This document shows positions 51,714-64,000 of a DNA stretch of 64,000 nucleotides, piece after piece (position 1 is the stretch's first letter; each line of letters opens with the position of its first letter). Below the pieces are notes generated by a model, which saw nothing but the letters and a program-made list of their open reading frames with translations, had not been told where the DNA came from and searched no databases. The stretch is taken from positions 7,068,001 to 7,132,000 of the forward strand of contig NC_042998.1 of assembly GCF_006345805.1 (NCBI RefSeq). The letters are read 5' to 3'. This stretch comes from Octopus sinensis (taxonomy: Eukaryota). The position numbers and the translations under genes were made by a program.

Positions 51714-51908
51714 ATGGTGAGCTGGCAGAATCGTTAGCACACCAGGCAAAATGCTCGTCAGTATTTTGTACTTGAAATTCTGCTGAGGTCGAGTTTGTCT
51801 TTCATCCATTTGGGGTCGATAAAATAAGTACCAGTTGAGCACTGGGGTCGACCTAATTGACTTGGTTCCTCCCCTGAAGTTACAGGCCTTGTGCCAAAAC
51901 TTGAAAGC
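51714..51908 (+). mobile_element. SINE B2
   Basis: family match. Confidence 0.8.
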
Positions 51909-52702
51909 AATGTAACAAATAAAAAAGGGATCTTAGGATGAAGAAGTATGATGAACTGACAGTAGAGAAACTCCGTGATATAGGAAAGTTAAGGGAAATA
52001 CTGAAAGATGCAAAAACAGTAAATTTCAGACTGATAGGCTTCAAAGATGAAATACCAAAAGACTTAGCTAACACCATGATAAAACATAAAATGTTGAAGA
52101 GAACTTGATCTTGACAATATAGCCACAAGTCTGATTAATGAGTTTCTTACTTGGTTCTTGAAAAATCTGGATTTATTTCTGATTCATAAAAGCAGAGACT
52201 AAGGATATAACTTCAAAGATTATGTTATTTCCAATGTTTTCAATATCTTATAACATTTTCAAGGACCATTCAAGCAAGTTTAGACTGATCAAACTCCTGT
52301 ATAGTGGCTGCAAGGTATAAATGTCAATATGTACTTGTTCCCTATTTTACAAATAGAATATATCAAGTAAAATATTCATAAAGAGAAGTTAAAACTAAGA
52401 CAAAATCGTCCTCCAAGCTAGGAAACACAAGATGTAAACACTGAAGTAGAACATATAAATATCACAACTAAAATAAAAAGACAAACAATGAATGCCGAGA
52501 GAACTTCATTTTATTTATGTTTGTCTGTGTGCAGATGTATATGGAGGTGGGATTTGGCATTACCATTCTAGTGCTTGTCTTTTGTTTCCATCATTGCAAG
52601 TAGCCTTAACAGAAAGATGCCTGTACCTTATGCAAAATGAAAATAGAAATAGGTGCAAAATATGGTCATATGCTATAGCAAATCAACAGCCTCTATCAAG
52701 TG

Positions 52703-53016
52703 TGTATGTATGCATGTATGTATGTATGTATGTAGGTATGTATTATGTATGTATGTATGTATTATGTATGTATGTATGTATTATGTACGTATGTATGTAT
52801 GTATGTATGTATGTATGTAGGTATGTATGTATTATGTATGTATGTATGTATTATGTATGTATGTATGTATGTATGTATGTATGTATGTATTATGTATGTA
52901 TGTATGTATGTATGTATGTATGTAGGTATGTATTATGTATGTATGTATGTATGTATGTATGTATGTATGTATGTATGTATGTATGTATGTATGTATGTAG
53001 GAATGTATTATGTATG

Positions 53017-53050
<34 letters not shown>

Positions 53051-53118
53051 GGTATGTATTATGTATGTATGTATGTATGTATGTATGTATGTATGTATGT
53101 AGGAATGTATTATGTATG

Positions 53119-53152
<34 letters not shown>

Positions 53153-54599
53153 TGTAGGTATGTATTATGTATGTATGTATGTATGTATGTATGTATTATG
53201 TATGTATGTATGTATGTATATATGTATGCATGTATGTATGTATGTATGTATGTATGTATGTATGTATGTATGTAGGTATGTATTATGTATGTATGTATGT
53301 ATGTATGTATATATGTATGCATGTATGTATGTATGTATGTATGTATGTATGTATGTATGTATGTAGGTATGTATTATGTAGTATGTATGTATGTATATAT
53401 GTATGCATGTATGTATGTATGATGTATGTATGTATGTATGTAGGTATGTATTATTATGTATGTATGCATGTATGTTATGTATGTATGTATGTATGTATGT
53501 AGTATGTATGTATGTATGTATGTATGTATATATGTATGCATGCATGTATGTATGTATGTATGCATGTATGTATGTATGTATGTATGCATGTATGTATGCA
53601 TGTATGTATGTATGCATGTATGTATGTATGTAGGTATGTATTATGTATGTATGTATGTATGTATGTATGTATGTATGCATGTATGCATGTATGTATGTAT
53701 GTATGTATGTATGTATGTATGTATGTATGCATGCATGTATGTATGTATGTATGTATGTATGTATGTATGTATGTATGTATGTATGTATGTATGTATGTAT
53801 GTATGTATGTATGTATGTTTGTATGTATGTATGTATATATGTATGCATGTATGTATGTATGTATGTATGTATGTATGTATGTATGTATGTATGTATGTAT
53901 GCATGTATGTATGTATGTATGAATGTATGTATGTATTATGTATGTATGTATGCATGTATGTATGTATGTATGTATTATGTATGTATGATGTATGTATATA
54001 TGTATGCATGTATGTATGTATGTATGCATGTATGTATGTATGTATGTATGTATGTATGTATGTATGTATGTATGTATGTATGCATGCATGTATGTATGTA
54101 TGTATGTATGTATGTATGTATGCATGCATGCATGTATGTATGTATGTATGTATGTATGTATGTATGCATGTATGTATGCATGTATGTATGTATGTATGTA
54201 TGTATTTATGTATGTATGTATGTATGTATGTATGCATGCATGTATGTATGTATGTATGTATGCATGTATGTATGTATGTATGTATGTATGCATGTATGTA
54301 TGTATGTATGTATGTATGTACGTACGTATGTATGTATGTATGTATGCATGCATGCATGTGTGTATGTATGTATGTATGTATGTATGTATGTATGTATGTA
54401 TGTATGTATGTATGCATGCATGCATGCATGCATGTATGTATGTATGTATGTATGTATGTATGTATGTATGTAGTATGTATGTATTATGTATGTATGTATG
54501 TATGTTTGTATGTATGTATGTATCATGTATGTATGTATGTTTGTATGTATGTATGTATTATGTATGTAGTATGTAGGTATGTATTATGTATGTAGTATG

Positions 54600-54631
<32 letters not shown>

Positions 54632-54687
54632 TGTATGTATTATGTATGTATGTATGTATGTATGTATGTATGTAGGTATGTATTATG

Positions 54688-54719
<32 letters not shown>

Positions 54720-54870
54720 TGTATGTATGTATGTATGTATGTTGTATGTAGGAATGTATTATGTATGTATATATGTATGTATGTATGTATGTGTATGTAT
54801 GTATGTATTATGTATGTATGTATGTATGTATGTATGTATGTATGTATGTAGGAATGTATTATGTATGTAT

Positions 54871-54902
<32 letters not shown>

Positions 54903-56590
54903 TGTAGGTATGTATTGTATGTATGTATGTATGTATGTAGTATGTATTATGTATGTATGTATGTATGTATTATGTATGCATGTATGTATGTATGTATGTA
55001 TGTATGTATGTATGTATGTATGTAGGTATGTATTATGTATGTATGTATGTATGTATGTATATATGTATGCATGTATGTATGTATGTAATGTATGTATGTA
55101 TGTATGTATGTAGGTATGTATTATGTATATGTATGTATGTATGTATATATGTATGCATGTATGTATGTATGTATGTATGTATGTTGTATGTAGGTATGTA
55201 TTATGTATGTATGTATGCATGTATGTATGTATGTATGTATGTATGTATGTATGTATGTATGTATGTATGTATGTATGTATATATGTATGCATGCATGTAT
55301 GTATGTATGTATGCATGTATGTATGTATGTATGTATGCATGTAGTATGCATGTATGTATGTATGCATGTATGTATGTTATGTATGTATGTAATGTATGTA
55401 TGTATGTATGTATGTATTATGTATGTATGTATGCATGTAGGTATGTATGTATGTATGTATGTATGTATGTATGTATGCATGCATGTATGTATGTATGTAT
55501 GTATGTATGTGTATGTATGTATGTATGTATGTATGTATGTATGTATGTATGTATGTATGTATGTATGTATTTGTATGTATGTATGTATATATGTATGCAT
55601 GTATGTATGTATGTATGTATGTATGTATGTATGTATGTATGTATGTATGTATGCAATGTATGTATGTATGTATGAATGTATGTATGTATTATGTATGTAT
55701 GTATGCATGTATGTATGTATGTATGTATTATGTATGTATGTGTATGTATGTATGTATGCATGTATGTATGTATGTAGGAATGTATTATGTATGTATGTAA
55801 TGTATGTATGTATGTATGTATGTATGTATGCATGCATGTATGTATGTATGTATGTATGTATGTATGTATGCATGCATGCATGTATGTTGTATGTATGTAT
55901 GTATGTATGTATGCATGTATGTATGCATGTATGTATGTATGTATGTATGTATTATGTATGTATGTATGTTGTATGTATGCATGCATGTATGTATGTATGT
56001 ATGTATGCATGTATGTATGTATGTATGTATGTATGCATGTATGTATGTATGTATGTATGTAGTAGGTATGTATTATGTATGTATGTATGCATGCATGCAT
56101 GTGTGTATGTATGTATGTATGTATGTATGTATGTATGTATGTATGTATGTATGTATGCATGCATGCATGCATGCATGTATGTAGTATGTATGTTGTATGT
56201 ATGTATGTATGTATGTATGTATGTATTATGTATGTATGTATGTATGTTTGTATGTATGTATGTATGCATGTATGTATGTATGTTTGTATGTATGTATGTA
56301 TTTATGTATGTATGTATGTAGGTATGTATTATGTATGTATGTATGTATGTATGCATGTATGTATGTATGTATGTATGTATGTATGTATGTATGTATGTAT
56401 GTATGTATGTACGTATGCATGTATGTATTATGTATGTATGTATGTATGTATGCATGTATGTATGTATGTAGGTATGTATTATGTATGTATGTATGTACGT
56501 ATGCATGTATGTATTATGTATGTATGTATGTATGTATGTATGTAGGTATGTATTATGTATGTATGTATGTATGTATGTATGTATGTATAT
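52703..56590. repeat. ~3.9-kb degenerate (TATG)n array
   Basis: direct reading; recurring variants GTAGG, GCAT, TTATG. Confidence 0.97.
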
Positions 56591-56592
56591 AT

Positions 56593-56779
56593 AGGGAGAG
56601 TTCACGAAAAAACAAAAGACGAAGACAGGTGGTGTAGAAAACAAACATGTATTAGTATAACGCTCAGGAATTGAAAAAGTCTTTTACTTTTCAAACTTAT
56701 GCTCTTCTACAGAAAGGGACACAGAAAAAATAAGGAGAGAAACAAGATGTGTGTAGTGGCTACCGATCTATCATGGCGA
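56593..56779 (-). mobile_element. family H, copy 3
   Basis: homologous to 31031; core reads CTGTAGA on minus. Confidence 0.72.
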
Positions 56780-56829
56780 CTATGTATGTATGTATGTATG
56801 TAATGTATGTATGTATGTACTTACATACA

Positions 56830-57171
56830 CATAAATGAAAGAATGAATGAATGATTTTTCTTTGAGTTTAATTCAAGTTCTTCTTGAGACAATTTAAGAT
56901 GGTCACTAACAAAGCGACAAGACTTTTTGAGTCAAGAGAATTCCCGATGTTTGTAAATATGTGGTTGAGTTAGTGTGTTGATTGAGCTTTCAATACATAC
57001 AGTCAGGTTTGTGCATCTATTCACCTGAAGAACCTCAGATGGAGAATTTTTGGAATGTCTTACAAATCTTCACTGTGCCACCAATAGATTGGATTTGATG
57101 ATTCCACATCAGTTTCTTTTGCTCTTTCTTCATAAAACCTAGTATTTCTAGGATTTTGTGCAAAGTTATTG

Positions 57172-57172
<1 letters not shown>
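56830..57172 (-). mobile_element. Dong/R4-like LINE 3' fragment in (TATG)n
   Basis: LEILGFMKKEQKKLMWNHQIQSIGGTVKICKTFQKFSI*. Confidence 0.75.
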
Positions 57173-57202
<30 letters not shown>

Positions 57203-58027
57203 CGGATGGATGGATGGATGCATGCATGCATGTGTGAGAGTGTGTGTGTGTGTGCATGCGTGTGTGCATGCATTTTCCTTATAGATTTATTAATTTCAGC
57301 TTTGCAGAATTTATGCTAGTCCAAAACATCCTTGACTCCTTGTAAGAGACCAGCTTAAATTTTGCAAAGATAAATTTAAATAAATCTCAAACACACACAC
57401 AGAGCACAACACACATAACCCTCCCCCCCCACACACACACACATACATAACAAGCTATTTTACCACCTTAAAGCTATCTCAGTTGTGTTCAATGAGTATT
57501 TTACAGCTTGACAAGCATTCTGCAATATCAGTGAATGTATCGTTCAGTCTTTAGAAACCAAGGCAAAAATTGCGTTTGAACATGTGACAAATGGGTACAC
57601 GTTATTGGCAAACCCCAAGAAGATCAAAACACTTCTAACATTCCGATAAGTCACTGCTGCAATGGCATTTGATTTGCCTTGGAATCTACTGTATTTGTTA
57701 CAACACATGCCTATGAAGAGACTTATGTATTGTGCATATACAGTTAATAAGATGCACAGATGCATACATACATATATACATACATACATATGCTCACATG
57801 CATGCACACACACACATGCTCACAAGCATTCATGCACATGCACACACACACACACACACATGCATTCATGCATACACTTATACACACACACACAAGCACA
57901 TACACATACAATACATACACATACACACACATACACACACTCACACACGCTCTCATATGCATGTGTACACACATGCACACACACATACGCACACACACAC
58001 ACACACCCACATGCACCTGCATACTGG

Positions 58028-58200
58028 AATTAGGAAGGGCATCCACCTGTAGAAACCATGCCAAAACACAGACATTGAGCCTAACACTGTCCTCTGGCTT
58101 TCCAGTTCCTGTCTAACCATTTAACCTTTGACAGCATGGAAAATGAATGTTAAATGATGCTGGTGGTGGTAGTAGTGGTAATGGTGATGATGATGATGAT
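58028..58200 (+). mobile_element. RTE 3'-end short copy, degenerate
   Basis: AGGAAGGGCATCC core and (GAT)n tail. Confidence 0.7.
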
Positions 58201-58261
58201 ATATGCATATACATACATACATATATACATATATATATTTGTGTATGTGCATGTATATGAG

Positions 58262-58650
58262 TGTGGTAAGTGGCTTGTTTACCAACCACATGGTTCCAGG
58301 TTCAGTCCCACTGCGTGGCACCTTGGGCAAGTGTCTTCTACTATAGCCTCGAGCTGATCAAAGCCTTGTAAGTGGATTTGGTAGACGGAAACTGAAAGAA
58401 GCCCGTCATATATATATATATATATATGCGTGTGTGTGTTTGTGTGTCTGTGTTTGTGCCCCTAGCATTGCTTGACAACCGATGCTGGTGTGTTTATGTC
58501 CCCGTTACTTAGCGGTTCGGCAAAAGAGACCGATAGAATAAGTACTGGGCTTACAAAAGAATAAGTCCCAGGGTCGAGTTGCTCAATTAAAGGCGGTGCT
58601 CCAGCATGGCCGCAGTCAAATGACTGAAACAAGTAAAAGAGTAAAAGAAT
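58262..58650 (+). mobile_element. SINE A
   Basis: family match. Confidence 0.88.
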
Positions 58651-58726
58651 ATATATGTATTATATTTATATATATATAATATATATATATATATAAAGAG
58701 AGAGAGAGAGAGAGAGATAGATAGAC

Positions 58727-58831
<105 letters not shown>

Positions 58832-59581
58832 GGAATGTACATTGTATTCATAAGTAATAAAGTTCAGCATATAAGTAATATAACATTAATTTAATTCAGA
58901 TTATACTTCAATGAAATTGATAATATAAAAGGCAAATAATTTTATCAACCCAATAATGTTATTTAATCAATCTAGAAAGTAGTTATTTATCATTTCCAGA
59001 AAGTAAATATTCGTTTTACTGTTTTTATTATAGATTTAGGAAAGAGTACCATTACAAAGATGAAACATTTTTGAAACTGCCTAAAAATCTAATAAAGATT
59101 TACGAATAATATAATTTAATAGAAACACTCCAGCAACAATGTTTGACTCATGTATGTAAGTGACTTAGTGGGAATTTATGAATTTTTATGATAACATCAA
59201 CCTTGAAGTACCCCTTCTTCAAAGGATTTTGTCTATGATAAAACAAAGTTAGAGATAATCAGCCAAGGATGTATTCGTAGATAAACGCATTGGATTAGTA
59301 AAAGACACTTTAGGGTACATACGTACAAAGGGAATTGGTAAAAATTTTTCTGTGAATTATGTATTATTTTTAATAAAAATGTTATATTATGTTCTAAGAA
59401 ATACAATGTATTTATTACAAAGGCTGATATACCATAATGCATATTGTAAATATGCTACTTACATATAAGCAGAACAAAAATAAACTCTAAGAAATTAGAA
59501 TGGGAATCTGGGAATCTTGTTTCAAAATAATGGTTAACAATAACTGCTCATACAGAGTGTCTGTCTATCTATCTATTTATA

Positions 59582-59660
<79 letters not shown>

Positions 59661-59852
59661 TCATCCATCCATCCATCTATCTATCTATCTCTCTATCTAG
59701 CTATCTATCCATCCATCCATCCATCCATCCATCCATCCATCCATCCATCCATCCATCCATCCACCCACCCACCCACGCACCCACCCATCCACAAGCATAT
59801 ACGCAATGTCATATATGTATTTGTACATATACAGAAATGCACATATATATAG

Positions 59853-59912
<60 letters not shown>

Positions 59913-60226
59913 CATTCAAGTGATCGGATTGAAATATTGTTAGGATATTAAGATATTTTCTTAACATGAAACCAATGGTAGCCTTAATACACATTGTAAT
60001 TATATTGAGATAATGCTTCTTAATGGTTATTAGCTATCTAATGAACAAGGGGGAAGATTTTCTTTCTGTACACTTGGTATATTTATATCAAAGAAAGGCG
60101 TTCAAATAATGATTGTCAAACAATTCCATTTTGGGGATTAAGTAAAGAACATTGGTGGACCCTAATGATTTTTAAAACACAGCAAGTTCATAACCAGTAG
60201 ATCTTTTTTCACTACTTGAATGGACC

Positions 60227-60942
60227 GAAGACCCGGCAAGACTAGTCAGGCCATAACCCATGGCCCCTACCTGGGACGTAGTCAGTCCACCTGTGCATAC
60301 CTTCCTTCTTGTGACACTTGTGAAGACCTGTTGAGGCAAGTGAAAATCAAATCAAAACAAATCAAAATAGATGAACATCAATGGAATTTGTATCTTTGTG
60401 GCACGTGGCACATAAGAAAACCATCCGAACGTGGCCGTAGCCAGTACCGCATCGACTGGCCTCCGTGCTGTGGGCACGTAACAAGCACCATCCGATCGTG
60501 GCCGTTTGCCAGCCTCATAAAAACACCATCCGAGCGTGGCCGTCTGCCAGCCTCGTCTGGCACCTGTGTCGGTGGCACATAAAAAACACCATCCGAGCGT
60601 GGCCGTCTGCCAGCCTCGTCTGGCACCTGTGTCGGTGGCACATAAAAAACACCATCCGAGCGTGGCCGTCTGCCAGTCTCGTCTGGCACCTGTGTCGGTG
60701 GCACATAAAAAACACCATCCGAGCGTGGCCGTTTGCCAGCCTCGTCTGGCACCTGTGTCGGTGGCACATAAAATCACCCACTACACTCTCGGAGTGGTTG
60801 GCGTTAGGAAGGGCATCCAGCTGTAGAAACACTGCCAGATCTGACTGGACTGGTGCAGCTTTCGGGCTCCCCAGACCCCAGTTGAACCGTCCAACCCATG
60901 CTAGCATGGAAAGCGGACGTTAATTGATGATGATGATGATGA
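60227..60942 (+). mobile_element. RTE 3'UTR element with 63-bp tandem units
   Basis: starts GAAGACCCGGC; 10-bp TSD TGAATGGACC at 60217-60226 and 60943-60952; unit starts 60525, 60588, 60651, 60714. Confidence 0.92.
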
Positions 60943-62012
60943 TGAATGGACCATAAACAAAACTTTACTTAAACAGGATTTAGATAATCCTATCAGGTGG
61001 TGCTATTAAGTTAGACATGGCCTGGACCAATCTTTGGTCGAAACATATCTAAGTTTATCTAAGTTTATAAGAATTTACAGATTGCAGTATAGGGAATGTT
61101 TTTGACTTTCAAATTGAAGATACGTTTAGCAAGAGAAATAAAGTCTTATTTTTACAGTAGTTTTAGAAAATGACTGGCAACGTGTGCAGTATCTCTTTTT
61201 AAAATTAGAAGTGGAATGAAGGTAAAATTTAGAAGAATTATTTTTTGTTTTTTTAGAGTACATTAATAAAATACATTAATGAATTACAGTACATTAATGA
61301 ACTACGTTTGTATGGAAAATTGAGATTATACAATTATATTAATTTTTATCAAGGTTTGACAAGAGTTTGCAAACCTTTGAGAAGCTCCTGCCATTTCTTC
61401 ATGGGACAAGCTATCTCTAATGTTTATTTCACCATGAAGCAGATTGAATATGGTTAGCATTGATATTAGTAGAAATTTTATACTTATAATCTTTTTCATT
61501 CTTGTTATTCTACAACTAATACAAGAATCATTTATGTTGCACTTATTAGTTTGATAGTTGGAGAACTTTTGTCAATATTGTTAATATTATCATAATTAAA
61601 AACCTTATTATTATAATCATTATCAACATTATTATAATTTATTATTATTATTATTATTATTTAGAGTATAATTACAGTTACTTTCAGCATTACTAATACT
61701 GTCATTATTTACCTCTGGGAAGAGGTGGTTCATATAGTCTAGCTGCTATTCCTTGACCCGTTCAGCATGAGAAGGTGACCTTACCAGGATCTTGCTAACT
61801 ACTGGAATAGCTCACAGGATTATCAGCCTTTGAACGTTGGGCCTTACAGAGGCAAAGTGGCTGAGTACCTATCAAGCATTGGGCCTAATGAAAGCAAAGT
61901 GACTGAGTTCCTTTCGAGCATCAGGCTTCATAGAGGCACGGTGGCAAGCTCCTTTTGAGTGTTGGGCCTCACGAAGGTAATGACCAAGACCTTTGGCATT
62001 ATGTTGTGTTTG

Positions 62013-62290
62013 AGAACCAGATGGCTGCACCAGGCTCCAATTTGATCAGGCAGAGTTTCTACAGCTGGATGCCCTTCCTAATGCCAACCACTCTGATTGT
62101 GTAGTAAGTGCTTTTACGTGGCACCAGCACGAGGGCCAGTCAGGCGGTACTGGCAACGGCCATGCTCAAGTTTTTTTTTTGTGCCACCTGCACAGGAGCC
62201 AGTCTAGTGGCACTGGCAACGACCTCACTTGAATGATTTTCATATGCCACTGGCACAAGTGCCAGTAAGGCGACACTGGTAATGATCATG
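62013..62290 (-). mobile_element. RTE 3'UTR fragment, degenerate
   Basis: CTGGATGCCCTTCCTAATGCCAACC core and units. Confidence 0.75.
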
Positions 62291-62689
62291 TTTGTGTGCT
62301 AAATTGATTTTTCTTTAAAATTATCTTCAAGCCATAACCTCAGCAAAGAAAACTATAAATATTGAAGGTGATACGTTTTGGTAGGAAGTGAATACTGTTT
62401 ATGGTTATCAGTTTAAGAGCCTGCAGTTCAATTTCTCACAAAGCTAACTTCAGCTTCCAGCATTGTGGAATCAATGAAAGCAATGTCTGTGATATAAAAG
62501 TGTTAAATCAGTTACTATGCAATACTTATTTGAGTTTAAATTTCACTCACTGACTTCACCTTAGAATAGATTGGCTGGAGATTGATATAATGAGCAGCAG
62601 TGGTATATTGTAGTCAATTTGATCAACAAGATTCTGTTTCTTAATAAAATTCATATGACTAGATAAAATCCACCCTCTCCTCCTCCTCC

Positions 62690-62723
<34 letters not shown>

Positions 62724-62822
62724 TTAACGTCCATGTTCCATGCTGGCATAATAATTATTTCTTATTAATAATAATGATGATAATAACAATATTTAAAAGG
62801 AGAAAAAGAAAATATTATCACA

Positions 62823-62855
<33 letters not shown>

Positions 62856-63437
62856 GTTATCATCATCATCATCATCATCATCATCATTAATATTATTGAA
62901 AAGTCATAAAAATATATCTAATTTGATTTGATCAGTACAACCAAGTTTCTAACTTAGATGAGGCAAGCATGTAAATGATATAAGCTGTATAAACATGATG
63001 CAACTATTGAATATAATTTATTTCTAGATTTTGTGGTGAAGGGTAGGGGAAGTAAATTCAATAGGAGAAAGAAGGAAATAGATACAGATCCTTCATTTGG
63101 AAATATTTAGAAGTATATAAAATTGTATTTTATCTATGTGAGAATAAACATATGTGTATATGCATATGTATAAAAAATAAAGCCCTGAATATACATTTAT
63201 AATTTTTCCATACAAAATATCCTTGTATCAGTTTGTAGGTTCTTACATACATGTATGTATATATATATGTGTGTGAATGTGCATGAATGTGCACATATAT
63301 TTGTGTGTGTGTGTTTATATGTGCATGTGCTTGAATACATACATACATGAACATCAATCATTTCATTTCATAATGTACTTCAGAAAACACAAATGTTGCC
63401 TTATATATTTGAATGCATATTTATATATTCTTTGTAA

Positions 63438-63472
<35 letters not shown>

Positions 63473-63475
63473 TTC

Positions 63476-63512
<37 letters not shown>

Positions 63513-64000
63513 GGGGTGTATGAAAAATATATTAAATGATGACTACAACATATGAATGAAATATGAAATATCACCCTCATAATTTTTTTTAAATTGTATG
63601 ATACACATACATACACACATACACACACACACACATTATTCTATGCTCACACACACATATTCACATAGAGTAAATGGTAATAGATATAAGGTGGAGCAGT
63701 CTTATTCATTTCTTTTACTGCATGATATAGATATCAAATGTATTTTCTTTTATTAACATAACATACTATAAAAAGACATTATCAAAGCTTTCACCAACAG
63801 TTTGATATAATATATGAACGCCTGTAAGGTTAACATGTTTAACAGTTGGTACTCAATAGTTACCATGTCACTTTAAAGATATCATGAAAATAAACACATT
63901 TGCAAAGAAAAGCTTATTTCTGCAGCTGCTTAGAATAAACTGGAACTGAAATAATAAATAATAAATCATTTACAGAATGGTCTTAGAATTAAGAATAAAT

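Noticed and set aside
52492-56644. Long ORFs (up to 379 aa) of MYVC/HTYI repeats, and similar YI/CV/LSIY ORFs elsewhere
   Set aside because: Translations of TATG, TA, TG and CTAT microsatellites, which lack stop codons in some frames
60352-60923. ORFs with 21-aa repeats and a CRISPR-like repeat/spacer look
   Set aside because: The 63-bp period is the RTE 3'UTR unit; linkers are not unique spacers, context is eukaryotic, and there are no cas genes

Overview
AT-rich eukaryotic DNA dominated by repeats. The tRNA-SINE, RTE-LINE and microsatellite content points to an octopus or coleoid genome (inference from repeat types). No complete gene is present. Contents: (1) at least four tRNA-headed SINE families, which I label A-D; (2) three distinct RTE-clade LINE families, one a 3.3-kb frameshifted copy whose 3'UTR, carrying a variable array of hairpin units, is scattered as many short copies; (3) Dong/R4-like and CR1-like LINE 3' fragments; (4) non-autonomous Helitrons and a fossil Helitron helicase; (5) mariner and hAT derivatives and a fossil Chapaev-type transposase; (6) many microsatellites, including a ~3.9-kb (TATG)n array with a ~1.75-kb higher-order duplication; (7) a few plausible exons of unidentified host genes. 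The most interesting signal is a set of short elements embedded in microsatellites. Some carry minimal type-I hammerhead-like motifs with recurrent non-canonical cores (CUGUUGA, CCGAUGA/CCGAAGA). Others end in fold-back palindromes, and three copies of one family fold back at three different positions. This suggests a microsatellite-targeted, Penelope/retrozyme-like non-autonomous system. Almost all of the supplied ORF track is translation of microsatellites or antisense TE frames.
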